From: Trichoplax adhaerens | Taxonomy: Eukaryota > Animalia > Placozoa | NCBI RefSeq assembly: GCF_000150275.1 | Contig: NW_002060946.1 | Coordinates: 3,367,454 to 3,431,453, forward strand | Direction of reading: 5' to 3' | Length of the DNA: 64,000 nt | Shown here: positions 39,701 to 50,800 of the stretch, one piece after another | How positions within the stretch are numbered: position 1 is the stretch's first letter | Layout: each line of letters opens with the position of its first letter | Position numbers and translations under genes: made by a program | Notes under the pieces: generated by a model | Told to the model about the DNA's origin: nothing | What the model saw: only the letters and a program-made list of their open reading frames with translations | Database searches by the model: none

Positions 39701-42267
39701 TAATATTAAGTAGATTGTAGCCAAGATATTAGAAAAGGCACCAGATGTCAATAATTCTAACAAATGCAATACCTTACATTAAGTAAAATTAAAGCCAACA
39801 TTCCTTCAAAAGAGAGCTTTCAAAAGAGCATCATCTGGTTATTGAGCCATCATGGTATTAATTGCATAGCCAACAAAATAATTAGAATATACTTTATATA
39901 AAGAAAATTAATCCTAGTAAATGAAATATTTAACATCTGATTAAGTTCAGTATCGTCATATGAAATCACATAATATTATTAGGATCATAGAATATTTCAA
40001 TGAAGGCTGATCGATGTAGAATAGTTTTTATATACTAGTTCTGTAGCGTAAGTTTAAGTCAGACAACCCAATTAGTAACTATGCATTGGCTTTAGATATT
40101 ACTTTTGGAATAAATAACGGTACCTAATTTCATACTCTAATTCATAAATTGAATCTCTCCTTATAGCTTTTACTTTTCCTTCGTCCTGTAATACATAACA
40201 TTTTCTGCCCAATTTCTTCCGCTCAATTTCGAATATTTTGCAATATTAATTCTATTGGTGGATTAAATTTATTTCTAGTTGATTGCCTCAATCAGAATAT
40301 TCAAGACTTAAAAGATAAAATATTAGAGATTGAATCCAGACCCGACAAACGAAATGAAATGCTACTACAGAAATATGAAAAATTAATTGCCGTGTCTGAT
40401 AAGAAAATTGATACTCATGAACATTTGAGGATTATAGAAGAAAAAAATAGGTAATTCTAGTCACAATTTCATAAACTTACCGTTATTTCTGATCACTGTA
40501 GGCAAGATAATATAACATAATACTGTATAATTACATTACATGCATTTAATATAAAGGTCTATGATCGAATTGCAAACGGAATATAACAAAATTATAACGG
40601 AATTAAAAAATGACATCCAGGTAATTTTAAACGTACCATACTAGTAGTTAAGAATCGTAGCTATTCTGTAATTGAATATTGGCTATCCTCCATATCATCA
40701 TTTTCTATCTCTAACTGATATTGAATTCCTTTTATTGCAGTCTGAAAAGAGGGAAAAGCGGGCTTTAACTCTACAATTAATTGGTAGTTTTTCTTACTTA
40801 CAATCAATACCTATAGTAGTTTATCTATTAACACTAAATTAGTATATTTCAAGCCATGTCATTACCCAATTTAGAGACTACAGAAGCTGCCGAACAATTA
40901 CAAAAAGTAGTGAAATTATCACGATCAGAAATTGGGTAATACAATCTAAAATTGGCCTGAATATTCATAATGCTACAATTGCTCAGCAATTTAAATTGTG
41001 TTCATTGTTACATAATCCTGTTGAGCAAATAGCATAATTTACTTTGAATTTATAATCCAAAATTTCTATATTGTAGTCTAGATATCATAGTGTATTTTAA
41101 TATTGTTGAGTTAATCGAGTTCGTACGGGTATATTGACGACTTTAGGAAAATCTAATAGAAAATGTAGTTACTCAAGATTTACTGATAATATTCATCTTT
41201 TAGAAAAAGCCAAAAGAAAATCATTGTATTAAGTAAAAAGTTAGATTTAGCCGAAGAAAAGGCAATGCTAACTACATCCAATCTAGCTGATCTTCTCAAA
41301 GTGGTCAGTTGTTATTTTCTTCTAAGTTATTATAATTTGATACCGTGTAAAATTGTCTGGGAATCACCAATGTTAACTTATCTGTTAGGCTGAAAAAACC
41401 ACCTTCGAAAGAGATTTAATCGCTACAAAGGTTACCGTTTAATCGATATTATTCTCCTGCAACCTAGGTTATCAATTAATTGTTCTAGCCTTACTTTGAA
41501 TTCTTATGCCCATTTATATTGATGTTAATAGGCCAAGAAACACCGAGAAAATTATGAAAAAGCCCAGCGCCAGGTTCAAGAAGGCCATCTGGAAATTAAT
41601 AAATTGGAACAAAAACTTCGGGTACTTGATCTGTAATGGTTTCGATATACTCTCTAGAGCTAATTTTGTTGGTAAAAAATGCACTGCTAGAGCCTTTAAT
41701 TAATACTAACTAGAATATAAAATTCATTTCCAATATAGCGCTATGAAATTACAACCTATCAGAAATTGGATAAGGCTGCAAATAAGTACGTTGATATTTT
41801 ATTTCATTGAACTCCAATAAGCTAATTGAAATAAGACTATCCTACAAATAAATGAAATTTGATATTCACTGCACAATAACAATTTCCTTCTCTATTTTAT
41901 ATCTTAAGGCTGGCCAAGCAAGACATGATTCATGGTGAAAAATTTATCGAATATCAGTATGAAATTGATCGTTTACAAGAATTGGTCAAGAACAAAGATG
42001 TCCAACTTGATTCTCTTCTAGACCAAAAATGGTATGATTTCTAGTTTTGAGACTGTGAATAAATTTATTCGCAGAGACAGCAGCGAACTCATTCCCCTCT
42101 CAAAAGGAAATATTAAGCTAGCTGATAGACAAAACCTATAAAATCGCAAGAAGGAATTGATTATTTCCTTTCAATATTAAACTAATAGGAAAGTTGAACG
42201 ACAACTTGATAACTTATGGTACGCAGCTACTAATGATGCTGATAGAATTCCTTTGAAAAATCAATAA
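33757..42267 (+). CDS. CEP89: Centrosomal protein of 89 kDa (CCDC123, distal appendage); multi-exon
   Basis: Joined exons give VKVLKEQIEDLVSENKAL, SISDWNQIQEQAQLVLQEN, DKKIDTHEH, KSQKKIIVLSKK, LADLLKVAEKTTFERD, KLEQKL, YQYEIDRLQELVKNKD, VERQLDNLW, matching the CEP89 coiled coil (EEWRQLQTQAKLVLEEN, KSQKKIEVLKKQ, AENITQERD, EGELEVIW). Stop TAA at 42265-42267. First exon 33757-33900, second from 35491. Confidence 0.88.
34400..35150 (+). pseudogene. BROMI-like relic R9 (N-terminal part) inside CEP89 intron 1
   Basis: EALHIMQSL (~EALQTLCSA), HWLSY*RKSIKTFIITVSSLF (~[21 protein letters not shown]), FHILHSLDLV..FFPIQV (~YFIHSLCLL..LFPIKL), colinear. Confidence 0.65.
36766..36980. repeat. Degenerate direct duplication (~115 bp x2) in a CEP89 intron
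   Basis: gaaatgaattata..ccgt..gctataaYcaag..ttagaca..agtaaag occurs twice. Confidence 0.6.
39430..39900 (-). pseudogene. BROMI-like relic R10 (N-terminal part) antisense in a CEP89 intron
   Basis: AINTMMAQ*PDDAL (~ALQTLCSAPPSDVL), TNGIDLNT (~SAGVDITN), VDSILFII (~VESTLSLL), YPLSAFYDP (~YFFALVD), colinear; includes ORF 39437-39691. Confidence 0.65.
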
Positions 42268-42939
42268 GTCATGACTACCAAGAGTGACAATGGATCATTC
42301 TCCGGAAGATGGATTGGATTTTCTTCCATTTAAGAAAATGAAAGTATAGAATGAGAATTATTTCAATCCATAGTATTGTATTCTTGCCGCATTCTTGAGT
42401 TGATCATATCAAAAATTTGTATAAGTTATTTTCGAAAAGAATTTCAATAAAAAATAATTGTAAAATGGATGAAGAAAACTGTAAATAAGATTTGATCAAT
42501 CAAAACTATAGTATAAAAGAGTTCTTGTATTATGAGAGTGTCACAAACTTATGTTGCGAATTACTACACTAAACTAATAGATTATTTATGCCTTGCTCCA
42601 CTACACCTGGAGATCTACTGTATGGTAGTTCTTTACTACTTTCGGTCACACTGGGATAAGACTGTTCTAAAAGATTAGTATAGTTTTTATTAGTAGAGTA
42701 GCCGAGTACCTTATCGAACACGATCTAATAAGGAACTCAGGAACTGAGCATTCGCTCGTCCTTTTATACCATTCCACTAAATTTATGGTGCACACATAGT
42801 AACTTGACAATATAAGATTTACATGGTTTGTATAGGAGGACAAGCCTCAATAAACTATATAGTTTACTATAGATACAAGCACGTAAACAACTTTAATTAG
42901 CAATAACTAATTAATATCCAATTATACCCTTGAGGCTCT

Positions 42940-43004
42940 GCACGATAATCACGATAATCGCGCGATAAATGCGCGATAGTCGCACGATAAATGCATGATA
43001 ATCG
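42940..43004. repeat. CpG-rich 11-bp minisatellite (GCRCGATAAWY x~6) ending in a GC hairpin
   Basis: gcacgataatc acgataatc gcgcgataaat gcgcgatagtc gcacgataaat gcatgataatc gcgcgtacgcagcg. Confidence 0.75.
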
Positions 43005-43324
43005 CGCGTACGCAGCGGGCACTAACGTGTCGCCATTATTAATATCTACTGTATATAGGCTCTACTAATTAATTGCAAATACAATTATGCCTTTCGTTGT
43101 CTAGCAATCTAGACATTATTAATATTCTTAATTTCAATTATCGCTTACCAATATAATCCATTAGCTAAATACTGACAAAATCTATTTAATTAGCAAGTAC
43201 GGTGCTTTGCTCCGTAACAGAGAGCAATTCCATTTCAACGTAAACCCATGGAAATGCCGACGCGCAGAAAAAATAGCTGGCATTAAATCTCTTATAACGA
43301 AAAATAAGATATTGACAGGCTAAA

Positions 43325-43878
43325 ATTGTTTAGAATATTGTTGAATATGGATGCAGTAAGTAAATTTTTCAGTCATCTCCTTATTAAAAGTACTACCAAA
43401 CGAGTAAATTGCTTAAGATGGTACCGTAAATGAGCTATGATTTAAATATTTACACCATCGTTGAATATGTACACAATAAGGAAATTCTCTAATCATCTCT
43501 TTAAAAGTACTACCAAATCAATAGATCGCCTGGATAGCGCCGCAAATGAGCTATGATTCAAATATTTAGAATATTGTTAAATACGGATGCAATAAGTAAA
43601 TTCTTCATTCATTTCTGTAAGAGTTATGCCAAATGAGTAGATTGCCTAGATGGTATCGTAAATAGGCTATGATTGAAATATTTTGAATATCGTTAAATGT
43701 AGATACAATAAGTAAATTCTTTATCCATCTCTATAAAAGCACTGTCGAACGAGTAGATTGCTTAAGATAGTCGATGACCCAAGGTTTAAATATACAGAAT
43801 ATCGTTGAATATAGATACAATAAGTAAATTTTTTCATCTATCTCTGTAAAACTACTGTCAAACGAGTAGATTGCTTAA
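43325..43878. repeat. Tandem repeat, ~117-120 bp x ~4.7
   Basis: Recurring aatatYgttRaatatRgatRcaataagtaaatt..catctct..aaagtactRYcaaacgagtagattgcYtaagat.. Confidence 0.85.
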
Positions 43879-44359
43879 CCAGTTATATTAAAAGAGAGAA
43901 TTTTTCTCTGCAAAGATAGAGTTTGTATGGAACAGCGTCCTGCAAATCGGCCAAACTCATATGGAAGGGTTAAATGTAATATCTGTGTCAGCGAAACGAT
44001 AGGAGTTTATGCTTTTCAATGCTAAATTTATCCAATCATGGTCGCATTACGTGATATTAATTTGCTTCTGAAGGCTTTGCAAGTATACTCTACACTAAAA
44101 TGAGCAGTAAAGAGCCACATTAAACCAACTATTCAAACAAGGATAACTCCTAATTATGGAATAGCTTTTATTTCAACCTAGCGAAAGCAATAGTCCATTT
44201 TTATAGCTTTATAAATTGGATCATGAAGAGAAGAAAAACAACATGGAAACAATTTCGATACCATGAGTTTATTCATCACAGAAATTAAAGCCAAAAACAA
44301 ATTCTTATGGTTACTGTCATCTTTTAGTCCTAAAGGTATAAATCACAAAACAGTAGGAG

Positions 44360-44580
44360 ATAACAAATTCTACATTTCCTTTCTAGCGATCACTTACAAA
44401 CTTAATCCTAAAATAAATTCTACTTTAACTTTCTAGTTACCACTTCCAGAGTTAATCATAAAACAACAAATGCTATTTTTCCTCTCTAGCTACCACTTAT
44501 AAAGTTAATACTAAAGTAGCAAATACTAGTTTTACTTGCTAGCTACCACTTACAAATTCAATACTTAAATAAATCACTTA
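44360..44580. repeat. Tandem repeat, ~55 bp x4
   Basis: Recurring caaatNcta..ttt..ctagctaccacttacaaagttaat..aaa. Confidence 0.75.
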
Positions 44581-44737
44581 CAAGTAACAACTAGGAGATT
44601 AAATTTATAACTAACCCATAGCGTTAAAAAAGTCAATTTGGAAGGCATGAAATTACTCTACCTGCATTCAATATTTAAGAAGCAGTCGGTATATTCGGGT
44701 TAAAAATTTCCTAGTGGAGTCTAATCAGACTCTTTAT

Positions 44738-44962
44738 AGAGTAATTTATCCACGCTTTAGGTACGTAAAGAATCTAAAAGAAATGACTACAACTAAAGCT
44801 ATAATCGAAGAAGCTTTTGTAATTTATCCCACCTCTGAGGAATGTAAAGGAATCGCTAAAGGGAACAGTAAAACTATAGCTAAAATTATCAATTTCTGTA
44901 ATTTATCCACTTTATTATATATGTAAAAGAATTAAAATAGGAACAGGAGAACTAAAACTAAA
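44738..44962. repeat. Degenerate tandem repeat, ~78 bp x3
   Basis: gtaatttatcc(c)ac..gtaaag..aat..actaaa recurs at ~44741, ~44819 and ~44897. Confidence 0.65.
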
Positions 44963-45512
44963 TAATACAAATTTTCTCGACCTCTAATTTTTAAACAATT
45001 TTAAATCCTTTCTTAAAAATCAATTCGTATAGAAAAAAGAAATGCCCAATTTATATTCCATTGCTACGCTATGAAAACTCGATACTATCCATAGCCAGCG
45101 AAATAATTCAATATCTAAAAGCAATAACGTATTAAACGAGGCATTTAATAAAAGCTATAGCCGATGAAGTCAAATCGACGTGATTCTAACTATTTCAAAA
45201 GATTTTTTTCTTCTAAAACTAACATAGACAAACGATAGTAATAAGAGTATTTCCCCTAAGCAAATAGGATGGTAATCTTACACTAGGTAAAAACAGCAAG
45301 TTTATATTGAAATTTAGGCTACTTGTTGAAATTCTGCCAATTCTTGGATCTTGTGAGACAATTTTTGAAACATGGCTAAGAAATCTAATCGACGTTTATT
45401 TAAAGTAATGGTACAGTCGCTTTCCAACGACGAAAATTAACGGATAATAAAAGCAACTTTTCCCTTGTTAAGCAAGTGATTTCCAGTTCATCTTCCAGCG
45501 ATGTTGGTAATC

Positions 45513-47078
45513 TTACAAATCAGTCTCTGCGGAAGATCCTGCTCTTTTATAGGCTTTTTTAGGTTGTTTGGATGCCTTTGCATTTTTAGATCGATTGGCA
45601 GTTTTCGAGTTGTTATCATCATTAGGAGTATTGGAAACCTTTGAACTACGATGATTTACCGAATCCACTATCTCTTCAGAATTTATAACCTGAGCAGCTT
45701 TTTTTTCCTTAGGTCCACTGGCAGTTTTCTTTGATGCTGATTCCATCTTTGGGCTTTCTTCATGCTTAGAATTTCTACCAGCTTTCGTTGGAGTAGAATG
45801 ATTGACTGATTTCATTATAGCTTTCTCTTGATCATGATTTTGCTCCGCCGCTGAATGCAAGGAATTTGCCGAGTTATTTTCTACAATTGGCTCGCCATTG
45901 GATTTGACTACTTCATTTTGTTGTATTTTCGATGATTGTTGACTTTGATCAACGCTTGAACGAGATAAATTTGTTTGAACTACTTCGTTACTTTCTACTT
46001 CTGAATTTGATGAACTTGCCTGAATTAGCTTATCATTTTCTACTTCTAGTTTTTCATTCGATTGGATCATTTTTTCATGCTGTTGTTGGTCTTGTTCTAC
46101 CTTTGAATCAGATGAATTTACTTGTACTATAGGCTTATTTTCTGCCTCTACTTGATCATTTTGACCATCAGCATGAGTTTTATGGTCTAATTCTTGCTTG
46201 CTACTGATGGCTGTTTTCTCTTTACTTTGCTCCACTCCATCACCGTTCACTATCGCCATTTCATTAGCAAATTTATTCAACCCGACATGATCCTGATTAG
46301 ATAGATGATCCGCATCAACGACGTCTTTTCCATCTGCAATTTGTTGCAATGGTTCAGTTGAGTTATTCTCATTATCACTGGCTTGTTGTGTTGCATCCTG
46401 TTCATCATCACCTTTCTCAGCCTTACTTTCATTTATTTTCTTGTATTGAGCTAAATCTTTCAACGGTATACCTATAAATTCTTCTTGACGGAATTCGGTA
46501 TCTCGCATTTTATCGATATCGTCTAAGCTACTCGTTCTACGATGACGCATTCGTTGAAGACGTAGTAAAAGTAAATTCTCATCAGAGACTTGTTTCTTCA
46601 CTTTATCACTGGTTTTAATACACCAGATGACTTGTTTTCGATTCTCCTCATCTATCCCTAGATTATCCTCTAAACACTGTTTTAATAATTCAGTTGCTTC
46701 AAGATTCTGAGCTTTGGATGCCTTAATAAGCCACTCAACACCCGTCCTGGCCGAAGCTCCATGAAAGCTATCCGATAGATGAAGGCGGCCAAATTTGACT
46801 TGGCTGCGTATATTGCCACTTTCAGCTGATTTTTTTAATGTTTCCAAATCTTCTTCTTCGATTCGGTTTTTCCGAAATAGACCAGATAATGGTGGCCGCT
46901 TCGGTTTATTGGAAGCTGGGTTATGCATAGGAACGGTGCCATATAATTGAGCGGCTTTTAAGTTCTCTTCATCAATTTGACGATCTTCCTCAACTGTAGA
47001 AGATTCTCCTACAACACCACGGCGACGTTGGCGCCATGAAGAATATTTATCTACAATTTTCCTTTTAGCTCTTTTCAT
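45513..47078 (-). CDS. Wolframin (WFS1) N-terminal Sel1-like-repeat protein lacking the transmembrane and lumenal domains; long polar/acidic tail
   Basis: Single open frame of ~521 aa from ATG 47078. LETLKKSAESGNIRSQVKFGRLHL...GVEWLIKASKAQNLEATELLKQCLEDNLGIDEENRKQV matches WFS1 [23 protein letters not shown]...[38 protein letters not shown]. No hydrophobic segment follows. In-frame acceptor at ~47106 allows an upstream exon. Confidence 0.75.
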   Translation of the reverse strand: MKRAKRKIVDKYSSWRQRRRGVVGESSTVEEDRQIDEENLKAAQLYGTVPMHNPASNKPKRPPLSGLFRKNRIEEEDLETLKKSAESGNIRSQVKFGRLHLSDSFHGASARTGVEWLIKASKAQNLEATELLKQCLEDNLGIDEENRKQVIWCIKTSDKVKKQVSDENLLLLRLQRMRHRRTSSLDDIDKMRDTEFRQEEFIGIPLKDLAQYKKINESKAEKGDDEQDATQQASDNENNSTEPLQQIADGKDVVDADHLSNQDHVGLNKFANEMAIVNGDGVEQSKEKTAISSKQELDHKTHADGQNDQVEAENKPIVQVNSSDSKVEQDQQQHEKMIQSNEKLEVENDKLIQASSSNSEVESNEVVQTNLSRSSVDQSQQSSKIQQNEVVKSNGEPIVENNSANSLHSAAEQNHDQEKAIMKSVNHSTPTKAGRNSKHEESPKMESASKKTASGPKEKKAAQVINSEEIVDSVNHRSSKVSNTPNDDNNSKTANRSKNAKASKQPKKAYKRAGSSAETDL

Positions 47079-47879
47079 CGCTATCCACCTCAAATTGAAA
47101 TCAACCTGTACGACAATCCTATGATCAATCTTATACAGGAAAAATTCAAGGAATCAACTCGAATTGATTGGTTTGTTGTTGTTCAATACTAGTTTAAATA
47201 CAACCTAAAAACATATGGTTATATTGATTTAGGCGTATTGGTTGTCATCAGCTATTCAAGATGGATGGAGCACAGAAACTTATTTCTCATGCTACTAACG
47301 AGCAATGGTAAAAATATTTATTTACATAGAATTTTTTTATTGTAACGGTGTCGCCAGGTTGGCTCAAATAGAAATAATAACCCTTGCTAGCTGAAATTAC
47401 TGAAAACGATTATCAAGCAACTTCTTTAGTGGACTATCATCAATTAATTTATAGAAAGCTCAATAAAATAGAGAGGGGAAAGAGTAGCTAAAAGCAAATA
47501 CGTTACGTTAATATATTGCGTCAGAATTATAGTATTCTAACAATTAAGTAAAGCCTAGCGTGATTTCAATCCTAAATTTCTTTGGTATTTGCAACAGCGA
47601 AAAAATTAAACTACACTAATGTAGATCAGTTGCTCGATTTGACTCTTTCCCATCCAATAGCATATCGTCAACGATTTCATACCATACGGTTTTCATTTTA
47701 GATGATATCACTATTTATGATTAATTTAATTAAGCATGGAGATCTACTCCTATCGTAATGAATATTACACTAATTACTTGTAATATTTCAACGTCAACCT
47801 GTAAGAACAATTAGAGAAAATTAAATCATCAGTATTTACTTAACCCTATGTACAGGCATAAAAAGTAAGTTTCTTAATT

Positions 47880-50800
47880 AATTATAATAAGTATTCCGAT
47901 AAATCGTTACGCAAAATCGGCTAGAAAATATTGGAATAGTTGCTAACAATCATTATATCGATTTCAATATTTCGACTTAAAATCATGAATGTGTTCAATA
48001 GGAATAGAGATACCATTAACGATCACTTAATTCCATATTCAATCTGGAATGATATATTTTCTGCTAATTTAATTATCCTATTTGATACATCTCCATTCAC
48101 TATGAATGCATTGAATACGGTACTATTTAAGTAAAGATACCGTTGAGTATCATATTTTCTGCTAATTTCATCAAATTGTATCATTTTAATTTATTGTATG
48201 AGTATAGAAAGAACGAGCTCGAAGCTCATTTTACAAAATAAATATTCTACTCGTATATTATAAGCAACCTTTCGAAAACTTGGATAGTCAATCTTTTTAG
48301 CGAATCACATCAAATTACAATCCTGAAATAGACCATTAATGGAGCCTCGATGCCTAGAAATCTAACATTTGGCAAATACTTCTACGTCATTGCCAACCAT
48401 AGCATAATATGAAATGTATTTAATGACGTAGGATGATAAACTGTTTTAGTCATCTTTCTCATAACTGAATTTATAGTTAAAACAGGAATCAAGCGGCCTT
48501 TGATATAGAATTTTGCATACATAGTGATAATTCTACATATTTCGTTATCGGATACAATATTATTACCATCTAAAAGAACCTATATTTCATTCTTTATTAT
48601 TAGGAATAAGAAATTTAACGCCTCTAAATGACCTTGGCTGTCAGTTACAATAATAATTCAGAATTAACCTATTTAAAAAAATGCATTTACGTATCCTATA
48701 CATATGGTGACTCATTGCTATCTAATTTACCATGCGGCAATTTCATTACATATTCATCTTAACATAGTAATATAGATTCTATATCTAATATAGGATAAGA
48801 TATATACATAAGAATAATAGATTAATCTATATAGAAAACTAATCATAACGATTAAATTGATATTGATCTATCAGTGATTAAATTCTCTCCATATTTTATT
48901 CAAATTCTCAAATTGAATTTGCTCGATTCCACTTATGAAAATCTGGTAAATTATAAAACAGAACTACCCAAACTACTCAGCTCATTTGATAATTATATAA
49001 TTTATTAGTGGCTTTAAACAATGTGGCTACCTGTAGATTGTTAAGTAATCACATCTTTAAGAGGTCATTTTTAATCCAATATTGAGTCGTATACCCAAAC
49101 TCAATGTCTTAACGATTAATCCCTTTAACTTACATGTAAGTTTAACCTGCTTTTGATGATCAATGAATTAGACTGTATATTCACCAATTTATAAGCTGAT
49201 AACATTACCGTAACCTATGAAAATAATTAACTTGATTTGAACTTAAGTTAAAAATGTAAATTAATCTATCCTCAGATTTTAGCTATAAACTCAACTTACG
49301 ATAGTAAATATTTTATAGTAAGACACGGAACATTACTAACTATAAATCTATGGATTCTATAATTTCTCATTAACAATCTAGCATGTGGCGAGATATTTCT
49401 ACTCATTTGCAAGGTATTTAATAAATAGCGCTAAAGATTAAAATAACAAAAGTATAAATTTGGGTAGAGTTGCAGATCTATTTATTTATGCTGGTTAATA
49501 AGTAACATTCGAGGGCATCTTAATGAGATTTATTCCAAATCCAAGTTTCAATTTGTTATTGTAACTACCAAGCATGTAATTTGATCTAATTTGTGCCATC
49601 TTCTATGGCGTACTAACCGATCCTAATAATTTTCAATTGATAGTCTGTAATTTAAAGCAGATATGTAAGTCAACTATTCTCAACATATATGGGTTGATAG
49701 ATTTATTAATTGAAAGGTTTTAAATCTTTATGGTACCGGTACACACAAAATATCAACTGTAACTACTCTATCAGCTAAAATCAGATTAAATTAAAGAAAT
49801 CAAATATTGACTAATATTAGAAATAAAGAATTTCAGTATTGAATTACAATATTTGCTAATTAGATTGCATTTAGAGATACGAATATTTTGATTCATATAG
49901 CGGACGAAGCCTGTCTGAATGACCTCCAAAGCTGTAGTATAGTATAAAGTGTATACAATTATCTTTAGAGAACATTGCTGACTTTAAGTACAGCACCTCT
50001 AGAAAGGAATATATCCAGGAATGACTTTCAGAATACAATCTCTTCAAGTAGAAGAAATAAAAGCTGTAATTGACATTCTTATTATAGTGCGACTAGTTTT
50101 ATTAAATGTTCTTGTATTAAACTAAAAAAATTATGGTAGTGATTGATTCGCAAATTTAAGTTGTTACCAAATATCTAGTAAAGCGGTATAATATACGTAT
50201 TTCAAAATAGGTAAGTAGTTACTGCCATAAACTCAAATAGGTATCGATAGAATTTATTACACTATAATTGATTTATACTTATCCTATATATATAAATTTA
50301 TAGCAGTTAATCCATTTTTCAGTGATTATTACAAAATAAAAAGTATTTAACTTCATTAAAATTGTTCTTAATTTTTACGTATCAGACCCGAATATTAAAT
50401 TTTTACTTTAGATTATAACGTATTTGAAATAACATTACGACTTTTTAAGCATATATGGGTGTAAGCAATTGATACCCTACTTGCTAATTGCCACAATATG
50501 CATAAAAAAGATTTTGATTCACCTTTAACTTTTAGCTCAAAGAAACAACATACTGTGTATTGTACATAGACACCCTCCACATTAGGGCTACATTCTATTG
50601 ATGTCAACATAATAAATGATAAACAAGTTCTTAATATATTCATATACCCCAAGCTTAATAGTATTTCATCATCTATCGACATCTACCCTACCCTTTTGTG
50701 TAAACAGATATTTACCTCTAAGTTATAGCATCTTTGTGTATAAAGCGGGGCTCAATATTAGAAAACATCTCAAACTTTGAAGTTATATTCATAAATAGTT

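Larger units (their letters stand above)
43150..45500 (+). pseudogene. BROMI-like relic R11, interrupted by three tandem arrays
   Basis: IYLISK..REQFHFNV (~LCLLGR..RKLFPIKL), IGQTHMEGLNVI at ~43945-43981 (~IYSTCEGLQVL), NYGIAFIST..FIAL*IG (~GYGVLVTR..GIALKKSG), IIKATFPLL at ~45444-45470 (~LLKAELPLV). Confidence 0.6.
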
